From Mytilus californianus (taxonomy: Eukaryota), in contig NW_026262637.1 in assembly GCF_021869535.1 (NCBI RefSeq), positions 9,858,001 to 9,922,000 of the forward strand: a stretch of 64,000 nucleotides of DNA, given 5' to 3'. The notes below the pieces were generated by a model. That model was not told the DNA's origin. It saw only the letters and a list, made by a program, of their open reading frames with translations, and did no database searches. The position numbers and the translations under genes are program-made. How positions within the stretch are numbered: the stretch's first letter is position 1; each line of letters begins with the position of its first letter. This document shows, one piece after another, positions 1-14,000 of this stretch.

Positions 1-151
1 CATTGCCATGGTGTGCTAGATTATATTTCAAAAGGAAACACAATAAAATCTATTTGTATATATAACTATGAAAAGTCGACTGTAAACGCCTGTAGTTTTG
101 CGTAGCTTGAATGACCTATATTTAAATTTCTTGGGAAGTAGACGTTAATTA

Positions 152-168
152 AGTTTCACTTTCGATTT
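152..168. promoter_or_regulatory. ISRE/IRF-E-like element
   Basis: AGTTTCACTTTCGATTT matches the ISRE consensus AGTTTCNNTTTC. Confidence 0.4.
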
Positions 169-3100
169 AAATTTCTTAATATATACATGAAGTTACTAAA
201 TTTAAATTTTAATGTTGATTACGGGACTATGAAAGAATCAAAGTATAGGAATACGTTGGTTTATTTCTCAATAGTAATGGCATTAATATATATGATATAA
301 AAATGAATCTTGTGTGGCATATAACGTAGAAACAATATGCTTATAAACATTTGCAAAACAATAATATATTCAATGTAACAATAGACATGTTATAAAAACA
401 CCAAAAAAAAAAACCCAAAAAAAACAGCACCATATATGCATATTGTAAAAAATCTAATATTATTTTGACATTGATCCAAGTCCACAAGCTAAGGCAAGTG
501 TATTGTGACAATTAAATAAACAGAAGGCATATTTAGTTTGTGTCTTAAAGAGAAGTCTCTGTAGATAATAGAAACAAAACATATAACTATGAGGTATACT
601 GCAAATCACCATGAATAACTGATATTGGTACTAGTGTGTCGTACTTAATGCGGATCAGTCGAAACTCCTAAAAATGATCATTTTCGAAGATACCGTAGCA
701 TGGTATTAATATACGATAATGAATCTATGTAAAGCCAGTAATGATCATCAAGGGACGGTGCCACATAATATACAATTCTTCATGTGCTAAAGAAGCAAAT
801 GGGGAGTATTTATTGCAAATTATGTTTTTATTTAATTATCAGTATCTTTTATTTATTTATGAAATACAAAAGGTATATTTGGATCTTCATTCTTCATTAT
901 TGAAATTATTGTGGCGAAGTATCTAAATATTTGAAGTTTGAACCACTTGAAGTGCACGTGGAACAATATACAAATAAGGAGATGAAGTATGATTGCCAAT
1001 GAGACAACTATCCACCAAAGTTAAAATGAAGTGGATGTAAGCAATTATAGGCAACCGTACGGCCTTCAACAATGAGAAAAGATTAATACCGTATAGTAGG
1101 CTATATAAGACCCCGACATGAAAAATGTGAAACAATTCAATTGAGAACACAAATTTGCTTTTGTCAAAGAATACACTGTTATTCACCAGATTCAGTCTGC
1201 AGTGTTTGAGCAGATATTTGTAATCCTTTGCTGAAAAGGTTAATAATTGAAAGATAATTTTCAAATTCAAAATTACACATGCAGTAGTTGTTTACAATCT
1301 TAATTGTGTGTAAACCACAGTTCAATTTGAATATTGAATAGCTTGCTTGTAAGTATGGTTTTCTATACCTGTTTTTGCCCTCAATAACGTTAATTGATCT
1401 ATACCCAAAAACCGTTTTTTATTCAAATAGCTTCTAAGAACAATAATATGCTACTTTAACAAGAGTAAAATGAGGAATCAAATTTGCTTATAAACGTTGT
1501 CCTTTTGTCAAAAATTATTATCTGTGTCATATTGCAAAGCAAAACGTCCCAATTCAGAAAAATCTGCAACATTTGTACTTTTTTTATGAGCATCTAAAAT
1601 AGACTTGCATGAATAAATAAGTATTTGTTCACAGAATATCCTAAAGTAAATTATGTCCACTGATATGATTTTTTTTAACGTGCAGCATAGGGATTAAAAT
1701 TATTACTAGCACGACGATTGCATATCATTAACAAACAGGAAATAATGCTACTACTGTTCTTGTTAGACATGTTTAGAAGTTTAATAAAATATTTTGATAT
1801 ACACTATTTGGACATCTCGCTTTTGAAACAAAATCCAAGTATCATATCTTAGCACATTGTTTAGAAGTACTAGATCATCACTGCAGACTGATATCTGAAA
1901 AGATTGAACACACACACATCAGTCTTTAGTGGACAGCGGTATATGAATCCCTTTAATCCTTTTTTTTTTATAAAGTTCGTATTGCTCAATGTCTAGTTTT
2001 CTGATAAGCGCTTTGTTGACATATGTTCGCCTTTTTCGTACGATCATAATGTATGTAGTCTGTCTATCTTTAATCTTTGTTGATATATATTTTTCCTTTT
2101 GCATCTACATCATTTTGTCAATCAAGAAGATGCTACTCATTTTGTTAAAAATTCAATATATCAAAGAAATCACAAGATTACTCACGTTCACATATACATT
2201 CACGTGTTTCATCATTAGTTTGTTATTCGAAATATTTAGAATATTTTGTTTCTTCGGATTTTATTGCCTTATCACGTTTAAAGCTCGGAGCCCTTTTACA
2301 GCAAAGAAGTACATTTTCCCGATCTGTTATATAGGATGACCATAGACATATCGAAAATTGTATTTTGGTTTCGATACAGGTTTCATCAGCAAGAATACCA
2401 TGAAAGCACGCTAGGGTGAGATAATGAAGTCAGTACCAACAAATATCGTTAATCTTGTTATATGCAACTTGTCTTACCAATATGTTTGTTTTTGTTTAGA
2501 TATTCAAAAAGATGAAAAAGTTAATAAAACTATTTTTCCCGTACAAAACTTTGCGATAGATGTTCGATTATATGAATCAGAAGTTAATTTAGGATTTTTG
2601 AAAGGGGGCGTAATTCCCGATAATTGAAGACATAGCGCTGAGCGAAGTGATGCAAAAATGTTTTTTGACGATTTTATTTACGATCAATGGAGGGCGGCGG
2701 GGACGCCCTATACGCTCCAATTGATCCGCCGCTGTGAATGAGTGCACGTCATCGATAAATTGATGCAGACTAACATGACCTCGTGACATGGCGGCAATGT
2801 TACGCGACGTCATCGCCTACTATTTTAAAATTACATTACCTGTCCATGATCTTAACTAAATTATTAGACAATAAGATCAAACAGAAAACGTGATAATTGC
2901 GAATAAAATATAATATTATGTATAATTTAAAGGAATAGACAGAATAACGGCCATTAAAAGTTTTTGGAATATTCAAATATATATCCCTCGTTTTAATGCA
3001 AAACAGTTAGTTATAAAAAGTCAAATAATATTGGTGACAGTTTAAACGCAAGAAAGTTGGAACACAACAACCCTGCAACTTTTTATCTAACTTTTTTCCG

Positions 3101-5249
3101 CCTCTTTTTCTTTTATCTATTCAGACAAGATTATTTGTTTTCGATTGTTTGTGTTTAATTTATCACAACTATTGACGACAACTTTTGACTGTTTAGAGCT
3201 TGACATATTTCATAGACATCTATTGTTGAAGACTAGATATCTTGGGCTATTATATTGTTTCATTTCTGTCACACAGGTATATTCCACTTCTCCTTCTATT
3301 CCCTTACCATGCACAGTACACGATGCGGCAACAAAAAATCTGAGGGAAAGTTTTAACATCATTTGAAAAAGTCCATTTTAATTTTTATTATTCTATTCAA
3401 TGCTTTGTATGAAATTTTTTCCCTACTTGCAGTTACAATACTTAATATTGAAATACCAAAGTTCAGTCCCAATTTCACAACGGAAGGCAGGAATCCCTCG
3501 TTTATTAGTCCTATTTACTGTTTATTTAAAAAAAAAAAAAAAATATGGTATGATTGCCAATGAGACAACTCTCCACCAAAGACCAAATGACATAGAAGTT
3601 AACAACTATATGTCACTGTGTATAGGTGTTTGTCCTTTTCCATTCAAGACATGTTATTTCTCTCACATTTATATACATGCAATTTTAAAACATAACATCA
3701 AAATAACCCTCTGTATGCAGATGACGATACTTTGGGCAAATGCATGACATGTCACGTTTGGTTGTTTTATTGATAATTTGCATGACTGTATTTTTTTTAA
3801 CAATACGAAAAACTTCTTTAACAGCATATTGATCGTACATATTGTTAAACATTACACTTTCCCTATAAAGTACAAAATTAAAACAATATAATGATAAGGG
3901 TAACAAAAATGAAAACAACACTGTTAAAGATGAAAACAACACGTTTAACGTCTAAAAACGCACCTTTGGACCAACCTGCACCAGAAACGCCGAAGTCCAA
4001 AAAACACGATAAGTGGATGAATAAATACCTAGTCATGTCAAGAGTCATATGATCAAAAGGAAGATAATAGCACATGGACAAATAAAGGGAAAGCTGTTAA
4101 ATAAATAAAAAGATACACGACTTCAGCACATAGAATCTATAACTCGAGACCCTATCTTGTAATATTTGTGAAGCAAACACTGAATATCTATCTAGTAAGT
4201 ATTGTTTTGTTTAGATGAACTTTTTGGAAAAGGACGAGACGACTTTTTAATGCACCCTTGCTCATCAATCTTTTGCTCAGACACAGATTACGTGATACAA
4301 AGTTTGATTAGCAGCTGCAAGCTCTTGAATATCGTCGGAGTTATATAAGCAAGATAGATGTCTTCGACTTTTTAATTCCGATAAATGTATGATTTCACAG
4401 AAATTTAAACGCACTAAACTTTCACTTTATGGACTTTCAAAGATGTGTTATTTTGTCCAAAAGATATGGAAAAATGAAATTTTGTTTTTTTACATGAAAA
4501 ATGCACATTTCGAACTGGGATATCTCGAAAAGTAAGTCATGATGCCATATAGTTTTAACATATTTCAATAGTGCATATCACAATTGACTTTGTGTCAAAA
4601 TATGATCCTGTGAGTATCGTATACCCTTAATGTTGCTTGTTATTACGCGTGTACGAGGCATATAAGTTCAACGGTTCAAAAGTCCCTTCTACTGTTAATA
4701 TAATATTATAAAACAGTCATGGCCCCGTAGAATCGGTGCATATTTAAAATGTTCAACCCTAACAAAATATATGACTTAGGACTGCGCCCTTTGAGAAATA
4801 ATCTTTTACTGTTGACAATTCTGGATATTTATCCTTTCTGTACAAGCAAATTTATGTATATACTCAAGACAAAATATATCATATGAAAATAACAATACAT
4901 TTTCATTTTTAGGCACCTTTTTGAACCAATAATCGGACATTAAAATCCTGTTTTAGACTAGTTAAAGTTCTGTATTAAAATAACTTTCTTGTATTAGACT
5001 GTATTAATGACCAGTTCTCAGACATATCAAATTGTAGTAATGGATAGTTCATAATGTATCTTTACTCATTGGTTAATAAAGCAGAATATGACTTGTTTGT
5101 TTGATTTTGTTTTATATCCATGCATAGTATTTGAAAGGTAATATATTATCAGAACAGTTTTATTTTTCATATATGAACGACAGAAAACTGAATAAGAATC
5201 AAAGCAACGTTACAGGACGGCAAATATATCTAGGATATATAAAAAGTGA

Positions 5250-5585
5250 GATGAAAGATACCAGAGGGACATTCAAACTCATGCTTCGAAAATAAACTGT
5301 CAACGCCATGGCTAAAAAAGAAAAGACAAATAGACAAACAATAGTACACAAAACACAACATAGAAAACTAAAGACTGAGCAACAAGAACCCCACCAAAAC
5401 CTAGGGGGTTATCTCAGGTGCTCCGGACGGGTAAGCAGATCCTGCTCTACAGGATATGCATGATTAGTCTAACAACCAAAATCCATGCCCATAAATACTT
5501 AACAGTGTCACATGTGGAGCAGGATCTGCTTACCCTTCCGGAGCACATGAGATCACCCCCAGTTTTTGGTGGGATTCGTGTTGCT
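5250..5585. repeat. Inverted pair of an abundant short interspersed repeat (family 2)
   Basis: + copy 5250-5450 ends ggtgctccggacgggtaagcagatcctgctc; - copy 5505-5585 is its reverse complement. Other copies at about 17010-17210 (+), 24345-24545 (-), 27545-27725 (-), 30080-30260 (-), 38215-38545 (-). Confidence 0.8.
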
Positions 5586-6589
5586 TATGAAGTGGTGCAG
5601 CACTACGTAAAATATAGATATATGATAACCTATATTGAACTTGTAATGGGAGACTCAACTGTTATTCCGTTCAAATTTTCTTCCATTGACCACAACAACA
5701 AAAACAATACGTCGCATATGCTTGTTTAAAAGTTATTTATTAAATATTCGAAAGAAACCAACAGATGTAAATTTAGGAATTCGATATACATGATAAAAGA
5801 TAACCCAAATTCATTGAAATCACTCGTAATATTTCCAACGATTCCAGATTACCTTCGTTATAGACAAACTGTAAGTCAACCTATCTAATAATCATAATAA
5901 AAAACAACAAATAGTAAGTTTGAATTTTTGGCAATTTGCTGTCATGGATCTATTAGGACAGTTCAACTATATATCAACAGTCCAACGGATTTGTATTCAT
6001 CGACGATGTCTCATTTATACACAAGATAAAAACATTGAAGGGCAAACATCATATGTTTTCTCTAAATGGCAACTGGGCTACCAGACGCCAACTGTGATAA
6101 ATTCAGCCCTTCAACAAAAACAATGTATTCAGTTCACATTCTGTCCAATCCACGACGCTTCTTTTGTCAATATCTGAAAATATACAACAAACAGCAGAAA
6201 AAATGCTCTCAAGGGTGGGATAGGGTGGGTTTTGTGTTCCTTCAGTTCATATCACGCAATGAACAAATCACGAAAAGCATGCAATTTTATATCAAATGAA
6301 AGCGGGAAAACCGCTTATGAAATTATGTTAGTGAAAGAAAGACGCTCAAGTCCTTAAAAATTAAAGAAAAGTTAACTCTTGTTTAGCAGACGATACTCTC
6401 AATTTATTAAAATGATTTAATGCTTAATGATTAAATCTTATTAAGATTTTACATACAACCCTGACGCCAAAAACATGATGACAAATAGTTTCTATCAACG
6501 GACTCAAAATGGCTTATAGTTTAATACTTTAGGAGCAATGGTTTTGGTGTAACTGTAGGACCAGTTCCTTTATTAGAAAATTGAATTGG

Positions 6590-7040
6590 GAAAATTGGGA
6601 CAAATTTCCTACTCCTTTGATGTTATCATTGCAATCATATGGCATTGCAGTACCTAGTTCCCTTATCCAGAAATTTTCTCTATCTTTTCGGGAAGGAGTA
6701 CTTAGTATAGGGCTATTGGTGTGTTGATAAATTTTCTAAATGATGCGTACTTTCATAGATAAAGAAGGATTATGGTCCGGTTGGTTAAAATGGTTATAAA
6801 GAACCCCGAATTGCGGATCTGTATTATCAGACCAGTGTTGATTCATCCTTTTACGCAAAGTTTGTCGAGTTTCACCAACATAAAGTAGTCCACAAAAAGT
6901 ACATATAATTCAACAGATTTTTTATAATAAGTTTTTCCTGTTACGTTACTAGTGAAATCTGGAGTCGTGATTAACATATTACACGTCTTACACGTGCTCC
7001 TCTTTCCTTGTTTACAACCCACTTCCATCGGCCGAGCAAT
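6590..7040 (-). mobile_element. Penelope-like element fragment (GIY-YIG endonuclease, decayed)
   Basis: Minus strand reads CKTCNML...TGKTY (frameshift) CGLLYVGETRQTLRKRMNQH...HFNQPDH...RENFWIRELGTAMPYDCN, with a stop. Confidence 0.8.
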
Positions 7041-7859
7041 TTACTTACAAGACACAACATCAGGCATATATTTTGTTGCATGCAAATTTTTATGAGACCG
7101 TCAGCATGTGAGGAGCTCAAACCAATTTCATCCGAAATTATAGACAAGGCTTTGTTTGTTTTTTAAATCACTTAAAACTAATCAAGATACAATTTCATTT
7201 GCATTTTGTGTAACTTGACTATGCCGTTGCGATGAGGAACACAACGCTATTCCCTAGCTTGCTTTACATTTTCAATATGTGGGGTTTAGTGCCTTGAGTT
7301 AATTCACCACATTCCTTCTCTTCTTTTACATTAAAGCTAAAACGAATCATTAGACGGGTAATGCAGAACAATACATTTGCCTTAAAAGATGAAACATGAA
7401 TTATATAGTTTGAGATCTTGTTTGAAATTGATTGAATACTAAGTTTTTACTTTTCATCATGATTATGCTATACTACATTCCCGACCTTTCGAATTGGTGT
7501 TACTAATAAACTTTTCAAGTGCAAATGATATAAAAAGGAATACAGATCACAGCTCTTGTCTTATTGTGAAGAGTAATGTGAATCTTAACAAAACTGTGAT
7601 GTTTCATTCGGTAGGATTTCATGAACAAAGTGTTATTGATGTTGCTTTTTCTGTTCTTACCACAAAGACATTTCATACTTTTCACTGTTACAATGAAAAT
7701 GGATGTGGTATAATATTATTTGACCCAAATGCATGAAACGTAATTTGAAGTGAAAAGAAAAGCCAAATACAATATCTTGAAGATCTTAAATGTTGAGCCC
7801 GCAAGGGTGACCAAGAAATAGAAATATGGTCACCATTGGTCTTCGTCTGATTGGCAATA

Positions 7860-8070
7860 AAACCCTCGCTAAAGTGGGGCGTCCGTTTGGTTGTGTGGGA
7901 TGTACAAGTTCGTAGCTACTTTCGGTCAGAATTGGGACCGTCACGTTAAATCCGATGTCTCTTGTAAAGAGAGTGCCATGCTCTTTGCACGTTAAGAACA
8001 CTTGCAACAACTACTTGAGATGTCCGGAGTGGCCTGTTGCAATGACAAATGGCTGTCCTTATCCAATATA
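7860..8070 (+). mobile_element. Possible SINE-like element
   Basis: GC-rich island containing ACGTTAAATCCG...TTTGCACGTTAAGAAC, reminiscent of conserved SINE central domains (from memory, unverified). Confidence 0.25.
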
Positions 8071-8483
8071 CCATCATTTTCCCGTAGAGGTCGGAATTTC
8101 CCCGACCTTCATCCTGGACGGCCTCTACAACAGGACCTACCTATTGTATTTATTGATAATTTGTTCTCGTACTGAACATGCATAAAATATTTACCACTTG
8201 ATGTTAATCAACCAACAATCAATCAATCAATCTAAATTTTAGCATTGTAAATTGTCATGGTTTTCTCAGAGTGTTTATCTTGGTGTTGAAAACACGTTGA
8301 CGTTTACCTATCCAAAATGTAATTGCTTATTATTTCTATCGAGTTTCTCTGTTGAATTTAAATGCATTAATTTATTTCAAGTTTCTACGAAAGCAGAACG
8401 TAATAAATTTAAGAAAAACGTTCAGTTACGTTTTAAAACCATGTAAATGATAAGAAAAGTTTTTTTTTGATAAATTTTGTTAT

Positions 8484-9210
8484 GTCCGAAGCACTTTTCT
8501 GGGTTTACCATTATTATTTGAAAGTCGAGGACGTATAATACATAAACAAATGATGATCTATATGACCAACGCAGACCTAAATAAATAGTAATAATCATCT
8601 AAGGTAAACGTTGCTTAAAGGAGTTGGAATCTTAGTTTCTCAATAAATTATAAAATTATTAACGTGGAATTTAAGAAACATTTGTTAAAAATCATATAGT
8701 ACCAACGCACTGACTACGTACAGAGTTTATGATACCCTCGGATACTAAGGATCCACCATCAGCGATAGTTACCCCATGCTGGTAAATGAAAATAACACTT
8801 TATTAATTTCCAAAACGCTTTTCTGGAATAACCTGTATCCATTTTAAGGCCAGAGTGTATAAATATAAAGAAATTTTAGGAGCTGTTTGACACAAAGGTA
8901 ACCGAAAAAGGGTAGCCAAATCAATTCAAAGTCAACTTTGCATAAAGAATTTAAAACTTTATTTTCTTAATAATTTCTTAATTTAACAACGAGGAATTTC
9001 ATTATCAAAAACCTTATCTATTATATCAGTACCGAAGCATTGCCAACTGAGTTGATGATACCCTCGAAGGCTAAGAGTCAATCAACAGTGCTTTCAATCT
9101 AGTGTTAGTAATAGAAAACAACACTTTTACATATTTCGTCCGAAGCGAAGTAATGAAATTACCATTATTGGAAAAGCTCATACCTGAAAATTTAAAAGCC
9201 AGGGATCAAA
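8484..9210 (-). mobile_element. Degenerate retrozyme-like tandem array (about 327-bp units, each starting at a decayed hammerhead motif)
   Basis: Unit starts near 8485, 8812 and 9138 resemble tccgaagcgcttttctggatttacc; internal blocks recur (gataccctcg, aacactttta); same family as 62470-62700. Confidence 0.55.
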
Positions 9211-10929
9211 ACTACGTTTATAATTTAAGAGCTATATGAACAAAAGGGACATAAAAAGAATACTCTTAGGGACTTAAATTCCACCAGCAGTGAGTATCGA
9301 ATAAAGGCAACAATAGTAAACCGCTGTTCAACAGTCATAAATCGAATTAACTGAAACAAATTCGGGTCACAAACCAAAACTATAAGAGGGAAACAACGGA
9401 ACAACATAAACACTGAACAACTACAAAAACAAACGCCAACATACATAAAAACAGACTATTTGATAACAACTGCCATATTCCTGACTTGGTACAGGACATT
9501 TTAAAACAAAAATGGTGGGTTGAACGTGGTTTTATGGCAGACCAAACCTCCCACTTATATGGCAATGCTTAAAATAACGCTAAAATGACAACATTACGTG
9601 ATAGGAATACATTACAGCCTTCAGCTGTTTTCTGCTCTTTGGTCGGGTTGTTGTCTCATTGACACATTCCCCATTTCCATTCTCAATTCTATTACAAATA
9701 AACGCCAGAACACTCAGGACAGAGACATACATAAATAAATAACATATATACATTGCAACATGTAAAACCACAGAATAACAACGGACACCTCCCATTTACA
9801 CCACAATAGAATTATGAACTGTGCGTCACACGAATGAATCAACGTCACAAAAAGTGACGTCACAGGTAAATTTCCAAAAAATAGAAATTGGGATTAAGTT
9901 TGTAATGGTGTTATTTTATGTATGTTATAACCATTACAAGAATATTAGTATAGAATTGTGTTAGTAATTTTGTAATTATTTGTATTTTCTAACCATGTAG
10001 GTTTTTCTTCTAAATCAAAACTGTAAACACAAATAAATCATGTGCATATAGTAGCTTTAAACTAAAAATCACACGAATGAACTAGCTGATTAATTATCTT
10101 AACTTTTAAATACATGAAGAAAATAAAAATAGAATTCAAACCAAAACGAAAAGACAAAACACAATATCAAATTACTAACGAAACATCATAACCAAATACA
10201 TGAATGTTGGATGTATAGATACCAAGACACGTCTAATATCAATGCGAATTCATACTCTGGAAAACAGTTATATTCGGGAATCGGTCACGTTCGGTACTTA
10301 GCAGACCAGACGACGTAGATGGTAAACCACAATCTAAGACTTGGTAAAAATGTCGTTAGCTAATTTAGACACAGACAAATCGTATAGATCAATCAATTCT
10401 TAATCTTTCCTCCTCATAACTCTGTTTGAGCAATATCGACCCAGTATTGGTAAACTATACGAATTTCATACGACCTTCATCAGCGAAATGGAAAAATTCA
10501 TTTTTGTTCAAATTACAAACGATTGTAAATAAAAATGAATAATAACAGTTCAACAGCTACGAAAGGTGGGAAGCAAATTGTCCAATTCAATTTGAACTTT
10601 TACTTCACAAATGCCAAATATCAGTCATATAAGTTGCTGATGATTGGTAAAATCAGACATTAACCAAATAACGTTTTCCGAGATGTTTAAAATATTGATA
10701 AGACTTTTTTGTGTCTGTTTAGGTAAGTGGAATCAATTGACTATTTCGCTTCAAGCCACGTTTTGTTTAACTTTCAGGATTTGCATCAGAAATTATAAAG
10801 AATGAAGAACGCTTTCAAAAGCTAGAGATGAATAATAATCTTCTTTACTTTTCTGAATCGGAAATTTGAATCCTCAATGCTCTCCAACTTTGTATTTAAT
10901 TTGGCCTTTTTAACTTGTTTTGATTCGAG

Positions 10930-10971
10930 CGTCACTGATGAGTATTTTGTAGACGAAATGCGCGTCTGGTG
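10930..10971 (+). ncRNA. Minimal type I hammerhead ribozyme motif within a retrozyme-like repeat (about 10840-11040)
   Basis: cgtca-CTGATGA-G tat tttgt aga C-GAAA-tgcgc-GTC-tggtg: core intact, with mismatches in stems I, II and III. Confidence 0.6.
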
Positions 10972-11099
10972 TACAAAATTATAATCCTGGTATCTATGAT
11001 GAGTTTATTTACAACCACTAGCTCGATGCCACTGCTATTGGAGGTTTCCTCATGTGCATGAAATGATGCAAAGAAAATAAAAACATTCTGTTAAATTAT

Positions 11100-14000
11100 T
11101 ATTAATAAGCTTTTCCGGAAAAAATGATGTATATTGCTGGTGATCTTCCCAATGTCATAACAAAAATCATTCGGACCCAAGTACTAAATCTTGGCTCTGA
11201 AATCACCTTTCTATTCGTTTGAATGTCTGTCCGGAGTTCAGGGTTTAAATGTCCGTTCCATCTTAATACAAGATACTTAATTTTAATTTCATAAATTAAA
11301 AACCTACTTGACATATGTCCGTTAGGATTTCTTTCTTTCGTTTGTATTAATCTCCCTCCCTAGCCGGAAGTAAAACAAAAGTACTCAGGTGTACTATGTT
11401 ATCATTTCCGGTCCAGGTAAACGAGATCTGTTTTCTTTCTCTGCGCTTTAAAGACAGGGGTGTTTTTCCAGCGAGGTGAATGTTATAACTGAAAAGTACC
11501 GATGGCTGAAGTTTCGGTATTTATGAATAGTTCGGATAGTAAATACGTGGATGAACCTTGAAATGGAAATAGTAGCACGGGGACCTCCATTATTGTAAAT
11601 AAAAACAGCTCCTTCAAGAAAAGAAAGAAAAGCAGGAGCAAGTATAACATATTGGAAGAAAAAATGAACAGAAAGTTGAACAATTTAAACGAAAAATTTG
11701 AAAAAAAAATGAACAGAAAGTTGAACAATTTAAACGAAAAATTTGAAAAAAAAATGTTCCATATATTTCAAGCTGGGAAGCGTGCCGTAAATGGCGACAA
11801 AAATTCCGAGACTAAAGGTCAGTCATAAAGACACAAAGTTTGTGGCATGAAATGTCAGATAACGAAATTCGGATGGCAATATTTCCATCAGACCTAGATA
11901 TGATGAACATGTAGGTGATAGTAACAATGGACGGGTACACAGTCCACTGATGTGGAACACTTGTCAGGAGAGGAAAAAAGTGTTTATATGATTTATTCTA
12001 GGATGATGCCTTTACAACAAAATCTGAAAAGAAAATTGGTTTTGAGATTGATGATGCTCAAAAACAGGTTTTATCGAATAGTTGGGGGACTCAACATCCT
12101 AATTTAGTTTCTGCTTTTGCAGAAGAAAGTGAGGATGATTTTCCAGTACATGAAGATACTTAAAAATGTTTACTTGTTCCTTCTATTGATTACTTGATCA
12201 GTAGATGTTTAAATTAAAACATGGGAAGAAGGCGTCACCTACAAAAAGTGGTAAAAATTTATTTAGTCAACAAAGTACAATGATTGAAAACATAGCTTAT
12301 AGAGGTCAACAAGCTTTTTATATGGGTATTGTGACGCATATGTACATCTAGCAAGGTTTGGGTGCCCTTATGCAAACTTTACAGTTGTAGACAATGTTGA
12401 CTCGGATAAGGCTATACAACAGGTTTGTGATATATTTACCATGTCTACTAAAAGCTTAGACCAAGTGGATCGTACAGGTACTTTTCACCATAAATTACGA
12501 AGGCCAGTATCAATGTCTGCTACTGGCTTGTATAAAATTGATGATGCCATAGATGTATCTGATTTACCATTATCAGTTGATGGTTTGTTCGGGTCTGACT
12601 CTGAAAAAAATTGTATGACTCGTAAGGAAAACAAAAAATCTCTGGACGAATTACTGCCAGACATAAGTGTAAGAAAAGCACGTGTAGTCAATAGAAAGTC
12701 TACGTCTTCTACAGACGATTCTGTTTCTAAAACACCTTATATAGTAAAGGACAAGCAGATTCATCAGATCGTTCTTGGTATGGAAATAATCCAAATTTTA
12801 ACAGTAGATAGTTTGAGAAAAAAAGTTCCACATTTTTGGATCTCAAAGTTTAAAATAGTGCTAGTAACATCAGAGGAGGTAAACCCTCAGAACAGTTTAG
12901 ATGACAAGGTGAACAAATTATGTTTCCGAAGATACACATACCAGTCGGGAGGCGTTTAACTCATTTTTTACAAGAATGGGGGCAGATAATTCAGAATCAG
13001 AGGGTTCTGTCAACTATCAGAGACGGTTTCTTTTTTTCTTTTTCTGGGAATAAAAAAAGATAGTAGTCAGTACAAAAATCTAGATATTATAGATTTAGAA
13101 ATAAATTCTCTTTTGGAAAAAGAGGCAATAGAAAAAGTACCAGTCAAAGAAAGAATGAGTGGTGTTTACAATACATTATTTGTTATTCCAAGAAATGGAC
13201 ATAGAATTAATTTAAAATCAAAATCAGTATCTTCGGAAGCAGTATTTCAAAATGGACACAATTGCAAACGTGTTGAACTTATTAAAACAAGGAAATTGGG
13301 CAATAAGCCTGGATTTAAGAAACACGTATTTTCACAGGAAATACATCAGATTGTCAGTTCAAGGTCAAATTTACCAGAGCAAAGCTCGAGCAATCAAACA
13401 GGTCAGGGTCTTTGGACAGAGGAGCAATACATTTTACATATAAACAATCTAGAAAAGGAAGCAGTTTTTCTGACATTAAAGAAATTTCATAAGTTTTTGA
13501 AAAACAAAGAAGTTTGATTCGGTCAGACAATGTTACAGTAGTCCAATACATAAACAAACAAGGGGAGACTCGGTCCCCTCAATCGTGTCAAATGACTTGG
13601 GATCTATGGATGTTTGCTCTTGAAAACAATGTTTATCTAAAAGCAGCACATATTACAAGGGCAAGCAATGTGTTAGCAAATCAATTGCGTCGGATAAAAA
13701 CTCATGCGCCAGAGTTGGAATTTGACAATTCAGTTGTACAACATTTTTTCAAAATTGGGGGCATCCAACAATCGATCTCTTTGTAACAAACGAGAACAAG
13801 AAAGCAGTTTTGATTTGTTCAGTGATAAATTATCCACAAGCATTAGCAATGGGAGTTCTGTCCATAGAATTGAACAACATGTTTGCATATATATTTTCCT
13901 ACTTGCACTAATACCCACATTTTTACAGCACATGCAACTGTTTCAGTGCGAGAAAAAAAACTGATAGTTCCGCATTGGCAAAGACAACATTGATATACCC

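Noticed and set aside
1900-2340. Overlapping ORFs 1919-2104 (-) and 1989-2339 (+), plus a coding-looking minus frame with many stops
   Set aside because: No recognisable domain; the + ORF is just the hydrophobic mirror of A-rich sequence. At most an unidentifiable relic.
2589-2820. CpG-rich patch with CRE-like and YY1-like words, and a 74-aa ORF
   Set aside because: It includes a gatccgccgctg end typical of a short non-autonomous element (a similar ggcggatcc start is at about 54050). No linked gene was found.
10683-10722. Alternative RLR first exon MFKILIRLFCVCL with strong phase-1 donor AG|gtaagt
   Set aside because: Frame-compatible with exon 2, but 7.9 kb away beyond the DIRS and LINE. 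The 17538 candidate is closer, with a better start context and an adjacent IRF-like motif. It cannot be excluded without transcripts.
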